DNA of 63,609 nt, counting the filler. It is 6 parts of 6 records of this genome, joined end to end, with 100 filler letters (N's around TTAATTAATTAA, not from the genome) between each part and the next. Parts side by side here need not be neighbours in the genome. Positions count along the whole stretch, not along the records: positions 1 to 12,549 come from SRR31156797_18264; 5 more parts are not named here. The stretch is one strand, 5' to 3'. Position numbers and translations under genes: made by a program. The notes below the pieces were generated by a model. It made no database searches. It was not told the DNA's origin and saw only the letters and a program-made list of their open reading frames with translations. This document shows positions 1 to 10,790 of the stretch, piece by piece. Every line of letters starts with the position of its first letter. Within the stretch, counting starts at the first letter, position 1.

Positions 1-455
1 TCAAACTCATACTGATGATAGTTTGGTTCCATAAAGGTGCATAGTTTATAAAAGGTTTTGTCGTGTTGTTTCTCTTTTATGTGGGCTAGTTCATGTACTA
101 CAATCATTTGTAAAAACTCTTGGGGTACATTTTTAAAGATTGAGGCTATTCTTATTTCATTTTTACTTTTTAGTTTTCCACCTTGAACTCTTGAGATTAT
201 AGTGTGTAAGCCTAAGGCATCGTTTATTACATTTATTTTTCCATCATAGATTACTTTGCTCAAAGGCAATGATTTTTTTAGGTATTGGTTTTTTAAGTCC
301 ATTGTATATTCGTACAAAGCCTTGTCACTTTTGTATTCGTGACAAGTTTTGTATTTGTTTAGTAGATATTTGTCTAGCTTTTTTTCATCTATTAGTTTTT
401 GTATACTTTCTACATACTCTTTTGGGTAGTGGGCTAGATATTTTAGTTTACTCAT
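1..455 (-). CDS. ygjP: YgjP/DUF45 (M48-like) metal-dependent hydrolase, 3'-truncated by window edge
   Basis: Not in the ORF track; read manually from ATG at 455: MSKLKYLAHYPKEY...ALGLHTIISRVQGGKLKSKNEIRIASIF...QMIVVHELAHIKEKQHDKTFYKLCTFMEPNYHQYEF. HExxH motif; frame open to the edge. Confidence 0.85.
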   Translation of the reverse strand, partial: MSKLKYLAHYPKEYVESIQKLIDEKKLDKYLLNKYKTCHEYKSDKALYEYTMDLKNQYLKKSLPLSKVIYDGKINVINDALGLHTIISRVQGGKLKSKNEIRIASIFKNVPQEFLQMIVVHELAHIKEKQHDKTFYKLCTFMEPNYHQYEF

Positions 456-463
456 TTTAGATA

Positions 464-2185
464 CTAAATCTCATCTAGCTTTTTTTGGAACTCATCATTT
501 AACTTATCAAGTTGTTTTTGTAACTCTCTTAGTTCTTGTTCACATTTTGATTTTTCTGCACTACTTAAAGCTTCTATCTCTTCTATTCTTGTTCTTATAG
601 GTTTTGTTGCTTGGCTTTTTTCTGTTACGATTGCAGCTCTTAGTTTTTTTATCTCTTTTTTATTTCTTTTTGGTTTTTCAACTTTTTTCTCTTCTGTTGC
701 ATCATCTTCCCAACCAATCTTTTCTAAGAACTCATCATAAGTTCCATTGAAGTAATCTGCACCATCATTTGTAAATACAATCAATCTATCACATACAGCT
801 CTTAATAACTCTTCTGAGTGAGTTACAATCATACAAGAACCAGGGAAAGCTTTAATAGCATTTGTTAGGGCATCTATTGAATCTATATCAAGGTGGTTTG
901 TTGGCTCATCTAGGAAAAGTAGGTTTACATCTTGGGCGATGATTTTACCTAGCATTACTCTTGATTTTTCTCCCCCTGATAGAAGTGAGATTTTTTTCTT
1001 TGCATTATCACCACTAAACATCATAAGCCCACAAATACTTCTGATAAGTGCTTCAGGTAGTTTATGGTTTACACTATAAATCTCATCCATGATTGTATTG
1101 TCTTGATTTAGGTGTGAGATGTTTGTTTGTCCAAAGTGACCAAACTGGCATGAAGAGTGAAAATCTACACTTCCACTTAAAGCTTCAAGTTCACCTGCAA
1201 TAGTATTTAGTAAAGTTGATTTACCTTTACCATTTTTTCCTATGATTCCTATTGTTTCACCTCTTGATAGTGCAAAAGTGATATCTTTAAAAAGAATTTT
1301 ATCAGGTGTATATCCAAAAGATAAATCTTTAACTTCAACCAAAAACTTAGCAGCTGTATCTTTGTAGTTGAAATCAAAATTTAGGTTTGCATCATAATCC
1401 AAATCTTCTAGAATATCCATTTTTTCTAAGATTTTTACTTTTGATTGTGCTAGTGTAGCAGTTGCTGCTCTTGCTTTGTTTTTAGCGATAAATTCTTCTA
1501 AGTCTTTTATCTTTTTTTCTTGTGCTATTTTTTGCTTTTCGTGGTGCTCTTCATTTGCTAAGATTTGTTCATAGAACTTTCTTGTTCCACCTTGAATCAT
1601 AAATGCACTTTTTCTAACAATACCTAAAGTATGTGTACAAACACTATCCATAAAATCTCTATCGTGAGTGATTAAGATAACTTCCCCTTGGAAGTTCTTT
1701 AAGAAGTCTTTTAACCATCTAATAGACAAGATATCCAAGTAGTTTGTTGGCTCATCTAGAAGTAGCATATTTGGTTCTGTTAAAAGTAGTTTAGCTAGGT
1801 TGATTCTGATTTGATATCCACCAGAAAAAGATTTAGGGTCTTTTTCTAAATCTTCCATTGTAAAACCTAAACCAAAAAGTATTTTTTCAGCTTTGTAGAT
1901 TTCGTATTTGTCCTCTTCGCTTAGTGCAAGAGCTGTTTCATTTATTAAAGTTTTTTCAGTAAAATCAAAATACTGTTTTAAAGCACCTATTTTATATGCT
2001 TTTGGAAGTTTTATCTCTCCACTATCTTGATGCTCTTCACCAAGTATAAGTTTAAAAAGTGTTGATTTTCCTGTACCGTTTCTTCCTACAAGACCAACTT
2101 TGTCTTTGGCATTTAGTCTAAGATTTAAATCTCTATATAAATCATTTGTTGGATAACTTTTTGAAATGTTAACTAATTCAATCAT
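464..2185 (-). CDS. ABC-F family ATPase (ribosome-associated, two NBDs, no TM domain)
   Basis: Two Walker A (GRNGTGKS, GKNGKGKS), two signatures (FSGG, LSGGE), two LDEPTN motifs, C-terminal coiled coil. Confidence 0.95.
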   Translation of the reverse strand: MIELVNISKSYPTNDLYRDLNLRLNAKDKVGLVGRNGTGKSTLFKLILGEEHQDSGEIKLPKAYKIGALKQYFDFTEKTLINETALALSEEDKYEIYKAEKILFGLGFTMEDLEKDPKSFSGGYQIRINLAKLLLTEPNMLLLDEPTNYLDILSIRWLKDFLKNFQGEVILITHDRDFMDSVCTHTLGIVRKSAFMIQGGTRKFYEQILANEEHHEKQKIAQEKKIKDLEEFIAKNKARAATATLAQSKVKILEKMDILEDLDYDANLNFDFNYKDTAAKFLVEVKDLSFGYTPDKILFKDITFALSRGETIGIIGKNGKGKSTLLNTIAGELEALSGSVDFHSSCQFGHFGQTNISHLNQDNTIMDEIYSVNHKLPEALIRSICGLMMFSGDNAKKKISLLSGGEKSRVMLGKIIAQDVNLLFLDEPTNHLDIDSIDALTNAIKAFPGSCMIVTHSEELLRAVCDRLIVFTNDGADYFNGTYDEFLEKIGWEDDATEEKKVEKPKRNKKEIKKLRAAIVTEKSQATKPIRTRIEEIEALSSAEKSKCEQELRELQKQLDKLNDEFQKKLDEI

Positions 2186-2429
2186 GGATATTCTTCTTTG
2201 TGTGTTTTTTGAGTTTGGGATTATACGCTATGATGGGTTATAGCTTTATAAAATGACTTACTTTTTATAAGAACTGTACTAGATATCAAAAAGGGTTATT
2301 ATCTATACAATAATAGTTTTTTATATTAGATATAAATGATATACTGAATTAGAGCTTATTTTTATCTTTTTTGAATTAACCACTTGATTAATATTTTCTG
2401 CAGCTCAGTCTCAATAAGGAGCTGTATTT

Positions 2430-3488
2430 ATGAAAACATATTTTATATCAAACAAATCTCTGAACAAGAATCTGTATATACAAAAAGAAACTTCAACAGA
2501 ACCACTTTCTGCTGTTGCATATCATAGTTTAGGATTAATCTCAAAACAAAACAAAGAGTACAAAAAAGCACTTGAGTTTTTTAAAAAAGCAACAAAGTTA
2601 GATAGAAACTTTTATCTATGCCTTTATGATATGGCAATGACTTATGACAAACTCAACAAATATGAACTTTGTTTTTTCTACTTGGAAAAGGCAATAAAAA
2701 TCAACCCAGATTTTTATGAAGCGCTTTACTCTATGGCCCAATACTATAGAAAAATGAAAAATGAAAAAAAGATGCAAGAGTTTCTTATCAAAACTTTAGC
2801 AAAAAAACCAGAACACCCAGGTGCAAACCATTTATTGTCATCTTTAAACAATGAATCAAGTAGTTACTCTTTGGCTTATGCAAGAGACCTTTTTGATAGA
2901 TATGCTGAGTTTTTTGAAGACCATCTTGTTAATACTTTAAATTACAAAGTTCAACTTATTATATACGAAAAACTAAAAGCTTTAAATATTCCAAAGGATT
3001 CGAGGGTATTAGACTTAGGGTGTGGTACTGGACTTTTAGGAAAAACTATTTGTGAGAAATTCCCAAATTTAGTTGGTGTTGATATCTCTTCAAAGATGAT
3101 AGCTGAAACAAGAAAAAAAGATATCTATTCTGAACTTTATATTGATGATATCGATGCTTTTCTTTTAGAAAACAATCAAGAGTTTGATTTGATAATAGCA
3201 CCTGATGTTTTTATATATATTACCGATTTGAAAACTATTTTTTCATCAGTAAAAAAATCTCTTAGCGATAAAGGATATTTTATCTTTACAATAGAGCCTT
3301 TTATAGGAGAGAAACATCAAGGTTTCCATTTAGAAAAAAGTGGAAGGGTTGCGCATAGTGTAGAGTATATTAAGTCTTTGTGCAAAGATGTAGGGTTTGA
3401 ACTTGTAGAAAATGAAAATATAATCTTAAGAGAAGAGAACAAAATAGGGCAAGAGGGTGCTATATTTACTTTGAAAACTATCTCTTAA
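2430..3488 (+). CDS. TPR-repeat class I SAM-dependent methyltransferase
   Basis: N-terminal TPR-like helices; LFDRYAEFFEDHLV; VLDLGCGTG motif I. Confidence 0.9.
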   Translation: MKTYFISNKSLNKNLYIQKETSTEPLSAVAYHSLGLISKQNKEYKKALEFFKKATKLDRNFYLCLYDMAMTYDKLNKYELCFFYLEKAIKINPDFYEALYSMAQYYRKMKNEKKMQEFLIKTLAKKPEHPGANHLLSSLNNESSSYSLAYARDLFDRYAEFFEDHLVNTLNYKVQLIIYEKLKALNIPKDSRVLDLGCGTGLLGKTICEKFPNLVGVDISSKMIAETRKKDIYSELYIDDIDAFLLENNQEFDLIIAPDVFIYITDLKTIFSSVKKSLSDKGYFIFTIEPFIGEKHQGFHLEKSGRVAHSVEYIKSLCKDVGFELVENENIILREENKIGQEGAIFTLKTIS

Positions 3489-3491
3489 TAG

Positions 3492-3519
3492 TAAGTCATA
3501 GTTTTGATACTATGACTTA
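3492..3519. terminator. Hairpin between convergent genes, probable bidirectional terminator
   Basis: TAAGTCATAGT-6 nt-ACTATGACTTA perfect 11-bp inverted repeat between two stop codons. Confidence 0.7.
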
Positions 3520-3523
3520 AAAC

Positions 3524-5215
3524 TTATGATGAACAACTCACATGGGAAACACCAGCGATTCCGAAAAACTCATTTGCTTTTTTCTTGTAGTATTTCTCTT
3601 CTATCTCTTTTGATTGTTCGGCGTATGGATTTGTCATAATCTCTTGTAACTCATTGATTAACTCATAATCTCCATCTTGGGCATTTTGATAAGCAGGAAC
3701 TAAAATCCACTCTCTTAGCGTATATTTTGGATTTGTTTGTTTCATTTTAGATGAAAGCTTTTCTATAGACTCTTTTGAACTTGTATCTAGTTTAATTCTC
3801 CACTTTTGAAGCCAATTTTGCCATCTATTTTTAATAGCTTCATTTGTAGAAGTGTCATTATAAAAACTTTTTTCAAGTACTTTTATATCTTCAGGAATAC
3901 TTGAAAGTTCTCTAAAAAATATTGTGTAGTCAGCTTTTGTTTCTATTAGAAGATTGATAAGTTCATCAAACAACTCAAAATCAAACTTTTCAAGTCCAAG
4001 TTTATCTGCCCACATAGTTTCTATTTTTGTTTTTATAGTATTTGGAAACTCATTTTCAAGCTTGTTTAACTCTTCTAATTTTTCAGGCGAAGATTTAAGT
4101 ACTTGCTCTAATGCACTACAAAAAGATTGATAGTTTTCAAAAGCTGCTTGGGGTTGATTAAAAAATGAAAAATGCACTCCTCCACCAGTCCAAGATTGGT
4201 ATTTTGGGTCAAACATATCTATAAAACCAAATGGCCCATAATCAAGTGTAAAACCTCCAGCTGCACAGTTATCACTGTTGAAGTTTCCTTGACAGTAACC
4301 AACTCTTATCCAGTTTGCTACAAGTGAAGTTAGTCTATCTTGGTATTGTTTTACAAGTTCAATTGCCTTTTCTTCAAAGCTTAGTTCATCTTTGATAGTT
4401 TTGCTGTATTCTCTATCTATTAGATGTAAAACTAGTTTTTTTAACTCCTCTAAAGCTTCAGGGTATTCGTCTTTTCTTGCTCTTCTTCCAAATAGTTCAA
4501 GTTGTCCAACTCTTATAAAAGAGGGCGCAACTCTTGTAGTTATAGCTACATCTTCTTTTATCATAACTTCTGGGTCTCTTGAATAAGAGTTATCTCTAAA
4601 CCAAGGTCTAGTAACTTGCTCTTTTTTAGAAGTAAACAGTGTCAATGACCTAGAAGTAGGGATTCCAAGTGAATTCATATGCTCTTGAGCTAAAAACTCT
4701 CTAACACTTGATCTTAAAACTGCTCTACCATCCGCACCTCTACAGTATGGAGTTTGACCTCCACCTTTAAGTTGAAACTCCCATCTTTTTTCATTTGTAA
4801 CTACTTCTAAAACTGATATTGCTCTACCATCTCCATATCCATTTCCAGTTTGAAAAGGACATTGTGCATAGTATTCTGTACCATAAATTGATAAGGCATA
4901 TCCCGTTGCCCAACCTTTATTTTTCATTGGCTCTTTTATTGTTGACATATCACCTGAAAACAACTTTACAAAGTTTTCATCTTCTAAAAGAGTTTCATCA
5001 AACCCCAATTCCTTAAAAAAAATTTTACTGTGTGAAATATATATTGGGTCTTTAATTGGTGTTGGTTCTACTGGAACATAGTGTCCAGAAAAAACCTCTC
5101 TTGGTGATTTATTGTCACCATTATTTTTAGCATCTGGGTCACAATTTAGTGTATCAACAAATGAGTAATCAGCTGTTTTAGCAAGTTCATCAAATGTTTT
5201 TATATTTTCTTTCAT
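3524..5215 (-). CDS. selO: Protein adenylyltransferase SelO/YdiU family
   Basis: [49 protein letters not shown]-terminal SCSS. Confidence 0.93.
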   Translation of the reverse strand: MKENIKTFDELAKTADYSFVDTLNCDPDAKNNGDNKSPREVFSGHYVPVEPTPIKDPIYISHSKIFFKELGFDETLLEDENFVKLFSGDMSTIKEPMKNKGWATGYALSIYGTEYYAQCPFQTGNGYGDGRAISVLEVVTNEKRWEFQLKGGGQTPYCRGADGRAVLRSSVREFLAQEHMNSLGIPTSRSLTLFTSKKEQVTRPWFRDNSYSRDPEVMIKEDVAITTRVAPSFIRVGQLELFGRRARKDEYPEALEELKKLVLHLIDREYSKTIKDELSFEEKAIELVKQYQDRLTSLVANWIRVGYCQGNFNSDNCAAGGFTLDYGPFGFIDMFDPKYQSWTGGGVHFSFFNQPQAAFENYQSFCSALEQVLKSSPEKLEELNKLENEFPNTIKTKIETMWADKLGLEKFDFELFDELINLLIETKADYTIFFRELSSIPEDIKVLEKSFYNDTSTNEAIKNRWQNWLQKWRIKLDTSSKESIEKLSSKMKQTNPKYTLREWILVPAYQNAQDGDYELINELQEIMTNPYAEQSKEIEEKYYKKKANEFFGIAGVSHVSCSS

Positions 5216-5437
5216 TTTATTTATCCATTTATCTATATATCTTTTTAACTTTTAACATAACTACTTAAAAAGCATAGAAAAAATCCTAGTTAAAAGTTTT
5301 TATTAAGTGAAAAATAATCATTTAGGAAACCTATACTTTAAGTGTTTGGTTATCTAAAAATTTTTATATAGTATTAAATAGAACTAAGATAAATTTAAGT
5401 AGGATGTTTTTTTATTGGGTGAAATGGAGGGATTATC

Positions 5438-5932
5438 GTGCTTTCTTTGCTTCATTTACACATCATTACTTTGATAGTGATTTATATAAATGTTTTGATA
5501 TTCAAAAAAAATATGTTGGTTGATTTGGGTTCAAAATATTTTTTTATTAACTATATTTATCACAATCACAAGCAGATAAGTTGTTTTCTAATAACTTATC
5601 CTTTTTTTATTATTTTGCTATATTTTTTGCAAGAAAACCTTATTTTGGTTAGTTCTTTTTTTATATCAATTTTACATGTTTATTTTATTTATGAGATAAC
5701 TTCAAAAAAGAATATAAACAAAAGAGAAGCCTATATATCTTGGTACAAACAAAATGTAACCCATAGTCTTTCAATGCACACCTATGATATTTCAAAAAAA
5801 GATTTTAATTTCCTAAACGAAAGGATAAATCTAGCAACATTATTTAAATTTGAAATTATTTTATTTGTTTCAATAATAATTGAAAGTGAAGTGATGTATG
5901 AGGTTTTTACTTATATAGATAGTATGAAATGA
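5438..5932 (+). CDS. Hypothetical membrane protein
   Basis: 164-aa ORF with several hydrophobic segments, GGAGG upstream of a GTG start; very AT-rich. Confidence 0.55.
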   Translation: MLSLLHLHIITLIVIYINVLIFKKNMLVDLGSKYFFINYIYHNHKQISCFLITYPFFIILLYFLQENLILVSSFFISILHVYFIYEITSKKNINKREAYISWYKQNVTHSLSMHTYDISKKDFNFLNERINLATLFKFEIILFVSIIIESEVMYEVFTYIDSMK

Positions 5933-6010
5933 TTATTTATACTAATAAAAGCTAATAAAATATATGTTAAAATTAAAGATTAGATTTTTTATATTTGAAG
6001 GAAGAATTTA

Positions 6011-6403
6011 GTGGCAATTTATGCATTACAATCATTAGCTGGCGGCTTTCTAGATGAAGATTTAGAACATTTTAATAAACACTTTGATGACTGGTGTATT
6101 CAGTTTGAAAGTTATGATGAAGCTATGGATATAGTTCAAACTCTTGATAACCAAGAAGCTATAGATGTAGTAGAAATAACTCCTTTAAGTTATCCAAAGT
6201 ATTTTTTTAATTCTTTACAAGGAACTGTTTACGCAACAAGACAAATAGATGACAAAATAGTTTGTGTTGTAGAACCACACATGGGTGCAAGCTTTAAACT
6301 TGCAGTTTGTGACTTAAATACAAAACATGTAAGACTTTCAAAAACTACTTACAAAAATATCCCAAGTATCGAAACAGCATTTGCTAACTTTGGCGATAAC
6401 TAA
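6011..6403 (+). CDS. Hypothetical protein
   Basis: 130-aa ORF, AGGA RBS, normal protein composition; family not recognised. Confidence 0.75.
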   Translation: MAIYALQSLAGGFLDEDLEHFNKHFDDWCIQFESYDEAMDIVQTLDNQEAIDVVEITPLSYPKYFFNSLQGTVYATRQIDDKIVCVVEPHMGASFKLAVCDLNTKHVRLSKTTYKNIPSIETAFANFGDN

Positions 6404-6420
6404 AGTTTTTAATTTTTAGC

Positions 6421-6915
6421 TTATTTACTCCACCACAATTTTAGTTTTAAACTCAAACTTGATGTGTATCCAACATCAGTAAATTTTAGATTTTTATTTT
6501 TGTCATAAATTAAAGTTGTGGGATAGGCTTTTATGTTGAATCTATATGCGAAGTCATTGTAACTATCATCAAGTACATTAAAAGAAAGATTGTTTTCTTT
6601 TAGGTATTTTAAAATATCCTCTTTTGTACCCGATTGACTAGCTATTGTTATAACTTCATAATCTTTTGAAAGCTCTTGTATATTTGGAGATTGGTATTTA
6701 CAAATAGGACACCAAGTTGCCCAAAAATATACAAGTAAGGGGTTGTCTTGATTTACTTTATAAGTTTTACCGTCAATTAGTTCAAATGCATCGTACGGAA
6801 GATTCTCTTTATTTAAATCTTGTGATTTATAAAAACTTATTAGATTCATAGCAACTATAATAATAATCGAATATTTTAAAATCTCTTTTAGGTATTTTTT
6901 AACTTTTTCATTCAT
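6421..6915 (-). CDS. Membrane-anchored TlpA/redoxin thiol-disulfide oxidoreductase
   Basis: N-terminal TM, FWATWCPIC (CxxC), AYPTT cis-Pro motif. Confidence 0.9.
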   Translation of the reverse strand: MNEKVKKYLKEILKYSIIIIVAMNLISFYKSQDLNKENLPYDAFELIDGKTYKVNQDNPLLVYFWATWCPICKYQSPNIQELSKDYEVITIASQSGTKEDILKYLKENNLSFNVLDDSYNDFAYRFNIKAYPTTLIYDKNKNLKFTDVGYTSSLSLKLKLWWSK

Positions 6916-7063
6916 ACGATATTTTAGCTTTTCACTTTTTTAAGACACCTTAGTTATTGATTTTAAGTCTATATAACTCAATTTCATTGCTTTTTTTAAG
7001 TTAATTAAAATAACAAAGGCTATAATCTCTTTTAGAAAACATAAAATAAGGAAAGTCTAAAAG

Positions 7064-8950
7064 ATGTATGGTTTTTATAGAGTAGCTTCAAGCATTCCAA
7101 AAGTACAGATTGCAAATACAGATAAAAATATCCAAGAGATTATCAAAATATTTGAACAAGAAACTAAAAACGAAAGTTCAATTGTACTTTTCCCTGAACT
7201 GTGTATTACAGGATACACTGTAGGTGATCTTTTTTTAAACCAAAACTTATTAGACTCTCAGTATCAAGCCTTAGATAAACTATTATCAAAAAGTATAGGA
7301 TTCTCAACTATTGCAATAGTTGGAATAGTAGTATCTTTTGAACATAGACTCTACAACTGTGCAGCGGTAATTCAAGATGGAAGCATTTTAGGAATAGTTC
7401 CCAAAAGCTATCTTCCAAATAAAAATGAATTTTATGAAAAAAGATATTTCCAATCAGGGCTTAGAATAAAATCAAAAACACTAAAACTTTTAAATCAAGA
7501 GGTTCCTTTTGGGGTTGATTTATTATTTACAGATGAAAACAACATCACTTTTGGAATAGAGATTTGTGAAGATTTATGGTCAATTTTACCACCAAGTAAC
7601 CAAATGGCTATAAACGGTGCAAATATGATTTTCAATCTTTCAGCTTCAAATGAACTTGTTGGAAAATCTTCATATAGACAAGAGTTAGTGAAAACACAAA
7701 GTGCAAGATTGGTTTGTGCTTATATTTATAGCTCTTGTGGAGTAGGGGAATCAAGTTCTGATACTATTTTTGGTGGAGATGCACTGATTTGTGAATATGG
7801 CTCAACATTAGCAAAAAGTGAAAGATTTTCTTTAGAAAACCAAACTATAAGAGCAGATATAGACCTTGAAAAACTTATTTGGCTAAGAAACCATGAATCG
7901 TATTTTGGAGATAGTATTCCAAGTGAAGTAAGAATCATAAAAGTAAAATCAACTTCAAAAATATCAAGATTAGATAGATATATTGATAAACATCCTTTTG
8001 TACCATCAAATGAAAAGATGAAAAAAGAGGTTTGTGAAGAGATTACAAATATTCAAGCTCACGGTTTAATCAAAAGATTAACTCACATAAACTCAAAAAA
8101 AGTTGTGATAGGAATATCTGGTGGATTGGATTCTACTTTGGCACTTTTAGCTACATACAAAGCTTTTGAGATACTAAAGTTAGATGTAAAAGGTATTGTT
8201 GCTGTTACAATGCCAGGTTTTGGAACTACAAGTAGAACAAAATCAAATGCAATAAAACTTTGTGAAGCTTTAGGTGTAACAATAAAAGAGATACCAATTT
8301 CTGAAATATCTTTAAAAGAGTTTGAGGCTTTAGGACACGATAAAGATATTCATGATGTAACTTATGAAAATGTACAAGCAAGAGCTAGAACTTCTATTCT
8401 TATGAATTTAGCAAACAAAGAGGGTGCAATAGTTATAGGAACAGGAGACTTAAGTGAAATAGCACTTGGTTGGTGCACTTTCAATGGAGACCATATGAGT
8501 ATGTACTCTTTAAATAGTGGAATTCCAAAAACACTTATCTCATATCTTGTGGAGTATTTTACTTACAAAAAAGAGATTAAAGAGGTTTTAATAGATATTT
8601 TAAATACACCAATTTCGCCAGAACTTCTTCCTCACGATAGTGATAAAATCTCACAAGAAACAGAGAGTATAATTGGACCATATGAACTACATGACTTTTT
8701 CTTGTATCACTTTATAAGATATGGTGCAAAACCTTCAAAAATACTATTTTTGGCAAATACAGCTTTTGAAGAGTACTCAAAAGATGAGATTAAAAAATGG
8801 CTAGATATTTTTATCAAAAGATTTTTTACCCAACAGTTCAAAAGAAACGCTATGCCAGATGGTGTAAAAGTTGGGACAATTAGTCTAAGCCCAAGGGCTG
8901 ATTGGCGAATGCCAAGTGATGCTAGCTTTGAAGAGTGGTTAAACTATTAA
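7064..8950 (+). CDS. nadE: Glutamine-dependent NAD+ synthetase
   Basis: Nitrilase domain (FPEL, EICEDLW), GISGGLDS, ENVQARAR, PRADWRMPSDA. Confidence 0.97.
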   Translation: MYGFYRVASSIPKVQIANTDKNIQEIIKIFEQETKNESSIVLFPELCITGYTVGDLFLNQNLLDSQYQALDKLLSKSIGFSTIAIVGIVVSFEHRLYNCAAVIQDGSILGIVPKSYLPNKNEFYEKRYFQSGLRIKSKTLKLLNQEVPFGVDLLFTDENNITFGIEICEDLWSILPPSNQMAINGANMIFNLSASNELVGKSSYRQELVKTQSARLVCAYIYSSCGVGESSSDTIFGGDALICEYGSTLAKSERFSLENQTIRADIDLEKLIWLRNHESYFGDSIPSEVRIIKVKSTSKISRLDRYIDKHPFVPSNEKMKKEVCEEITNIQAHGLIKRLTHINSKKVVIGISGGLDSTLALLATYKAFEILKLDVKGIVAVTMPGFGTTSRTKSNAIKLCEALGVTIKEIPISEISLKEFEALGHDKDIHDVTYENVQARARTSILMNLANKEGAIVIGTGDLSEIALGWCTFNGDHMSMYSLNSGIPKTLISYLVEYFTYKKEIKEVLIDILNTPISPELLPHDSDKISQETESIIGPYELHDFFLYHFIRYGAKPSKILFLANTAFEEYSKDEIKKWLDIFIKRFFTQQFKRNAMPDGVKVGTISLSPRADWRMPSDASFEEWLNY

Positions 8951-8956
8951 CCCTCT

Positions 8957-9823
8957 TTAAACAACTTGTATTGGAATATAAAAATCTAAGATAAATTTTT
9001 TATCTTCTGAAAGAAAATGATTTTTCTCATATATTGCATAAGGCGGTAAAGTTTTCGCTTCATATCCACTATTTGGCAACCAAAAGTTATAGATATAAAC
9101 CATAAGTTTTACAGCATCTCCATAAACTCCCTCATAGTGAAAAACTGCACATAAAGACTCTTCAAGTTCAAGTTTACTTATTGAGTTAGTTGAGGTAAAG
9201 TTTTTATCAACCTCAATTGCAGCTATGTAACTGCATTTATTGTATTGGGTTATAACAGGTATATCGTGAAAAATTCCAATTTTTGTAGAATTATTTAATT
9301 CTCTTTCATAAGAGTAAGCCATTAGTCTTTTCCATGTATTTGCAACAGACCAATCATAACCTTTGTGTCTTATATATGCACAAACTCTTTTAGGAGCCAT
9401 TTTTATAAGTGGTTCTATCTCATAGAAGTCTTCATTTATCTCTATTATAAAAGTGTTGTTCTTTTTTGAAAACTCTAAATAACCATTTTGCTTCCATTTT
9501 GATGGGGTGTATCCAAATCTATTTTTAAAAGCTTTTATAAAAGATGAGTGGGAGCTATAACCACAAGATTCTCTAATCTCGCTTATTGTTGAGTATTTGT
9601 TGCTTATAAGTAGATTTGCTGCTTTTTGTAGTCTTATTGCACTTATTCTTTCAAATACATTTTCTTTGGTTTCCTCTTTAAATATTCTATGAAAATGAAA
9701 TTTACTTACACTGTTTAGTTTTGCTAACTCATTAAGTGTAATTTCTGTATCAATGTATTTATAAATATAAGCAAGTGATTTGTTTACTATATCAGCTCTT
9801 AAATGTTTGGTATCTTTTTTCAT
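8957..9823 (-). CDS. AraC-family regulator with C-terminal GyrI-like effector domain
   Basis: SKFHFHRIFK, CGYSSHSSFIKAFKNRFGYTPSKW; C-terminal CAVFHYEG..WLPNSGY. Confidence 0.9.
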   Translation of the reverse strand: MKKDTKHLRADIVNKSLAYIYKYIDTEITLNELAKLNSVSKFHFHRIFKEETKENVFERISAIRLQKAANLLISNKYSTISEIRESCGYSSHSSFIKAFKNRFGYTPSKWKQNGYLEFSKKNNTFIIEINEDFYEIEPLIKMAPKRVCAYIRHKGYDWSVANTWKRLMAYSYERELNNSTKIGIFHDIPVITQYNKCSYIAAIEVDKNFTSTNSISKLELEESLCAVFHYEGVYGDAVKLMVYIYNFWLPNSGYEAKTLPPYAIYEKNHFLSEDKKFILDFYIPIQVV

Positions 9824-9955
9824 AAGTTATTATAGCAAATAACAATAAAAAATATAAATAATAGCAATTTAGAGCATTTTTTTTGTGCTTTAAGAGAAAG
9901 ACTTCAAAAACTAAAAACTCTATAATTACAAGAAATTAAATACAAAGGAGTATTT

Positions 9956-10783
9956 ATGAAAGTAGAAAAGATATCTGCATTTTCCTATGAAGACCAAGGT
10001 GGAAACCCTGCAGGTGTAGTTTTTAGTGATGAGATGTTAAGTGATGAAAAGATGCTAGAGATTGCAAAAGAGGTAAACTTTTCAGAAACAGCATTTTTAG
10101 TAAAAGAAGATGAAAAGTTTAGAATAAGATATTTCTCTCCTGAAACAGAGATTGCTTTTTGTGGTCATGCAACAATTGCAAGTGGATATTGTATAGGACA
10201 AAAGTTTGGATTGGGAAAATATGATTTAGAGTTAAATAATGGTCAAATCCAAATAGACATTGAGGAAAAAGATGGTAAAAGTTTTGCAAGTATTAGTTCT
10301 GTAAACACTCACTCAAAAGATATTGATAAGGTATTTATAGAAAATGTACTTGAAGGATTTTCTTTAAAAAGAAGTGATTTAGATGAAAAATATCCTGTAA
10401 GAATTGCTTTTTCTGGAAACAATCATTTAATCATCTTTGTAAAAGATAAACAAAAACTTCAAGATATGGATTATGATTTTAAAAAAGTAAAAACTTTGAT
10501 GGAAAAAGAGCAAATAGTAACTATAAGTATTTTATGGCAAGAGAGTGAAAATCTTTTTCATTCTAGGAATGCTTTTGCTTATGGAGGAGTTTTTGAAGAC
10601 CCAGCAACAGGTTCAGCTGCAATTGCTTTAGGAGAATATTTAAGAGACAATGGTTTTAAAAAAGAAGGAGATATAGAAATACTTCAAGGTTTTGATATGA
10701 AACAACCTTGTCAACTTTTCGTTAGTTTTACAGCTGTACCTAATAGCTCAATAAAAGTATCAGGTACAAGTAGAGTTATGTAA
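9956..10783 (+). CDS. PhzF-family isomerase/epimerase
   Basis: GGNPAGV, FSETAF, FCGHATIA, EDPATGSA; divergent from the AraC gene. Confidence 0.93.
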   Translation: MKVEKISAFSYEDQGGNPAGVVFSDEMLSDEKMLEIAKEVNFSETAFLVKEDEKFRIRYFSPETEIAFCGHATIASGYCIGQKFGLGKYDLELNNGQIQIDIEEKDGKSFASISSVNTHSKDIDKVFIENVLEGFSLKRSDLDEKYPVRIAFSGNNHLIIFVKDKQKLQDMDYDFKKVKTLMEKEQIVTISILWQESENLFHSRNAFAYGGVFEDPATGSAAIALGEYLRDNGFKKEGDIEILQGFDMKQPCQLFVSFTAVPNSSIKVSGTSRVM

Positions 10784-10790
10784 TTTACTC

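Noticed and set aside
3524-3545. Possible selenocysteine at the SelO C-terminus
   Set aside because: The gene ends AGT TGT TCA TCA TAA (SCSS-stop) with no in-frame TGA.
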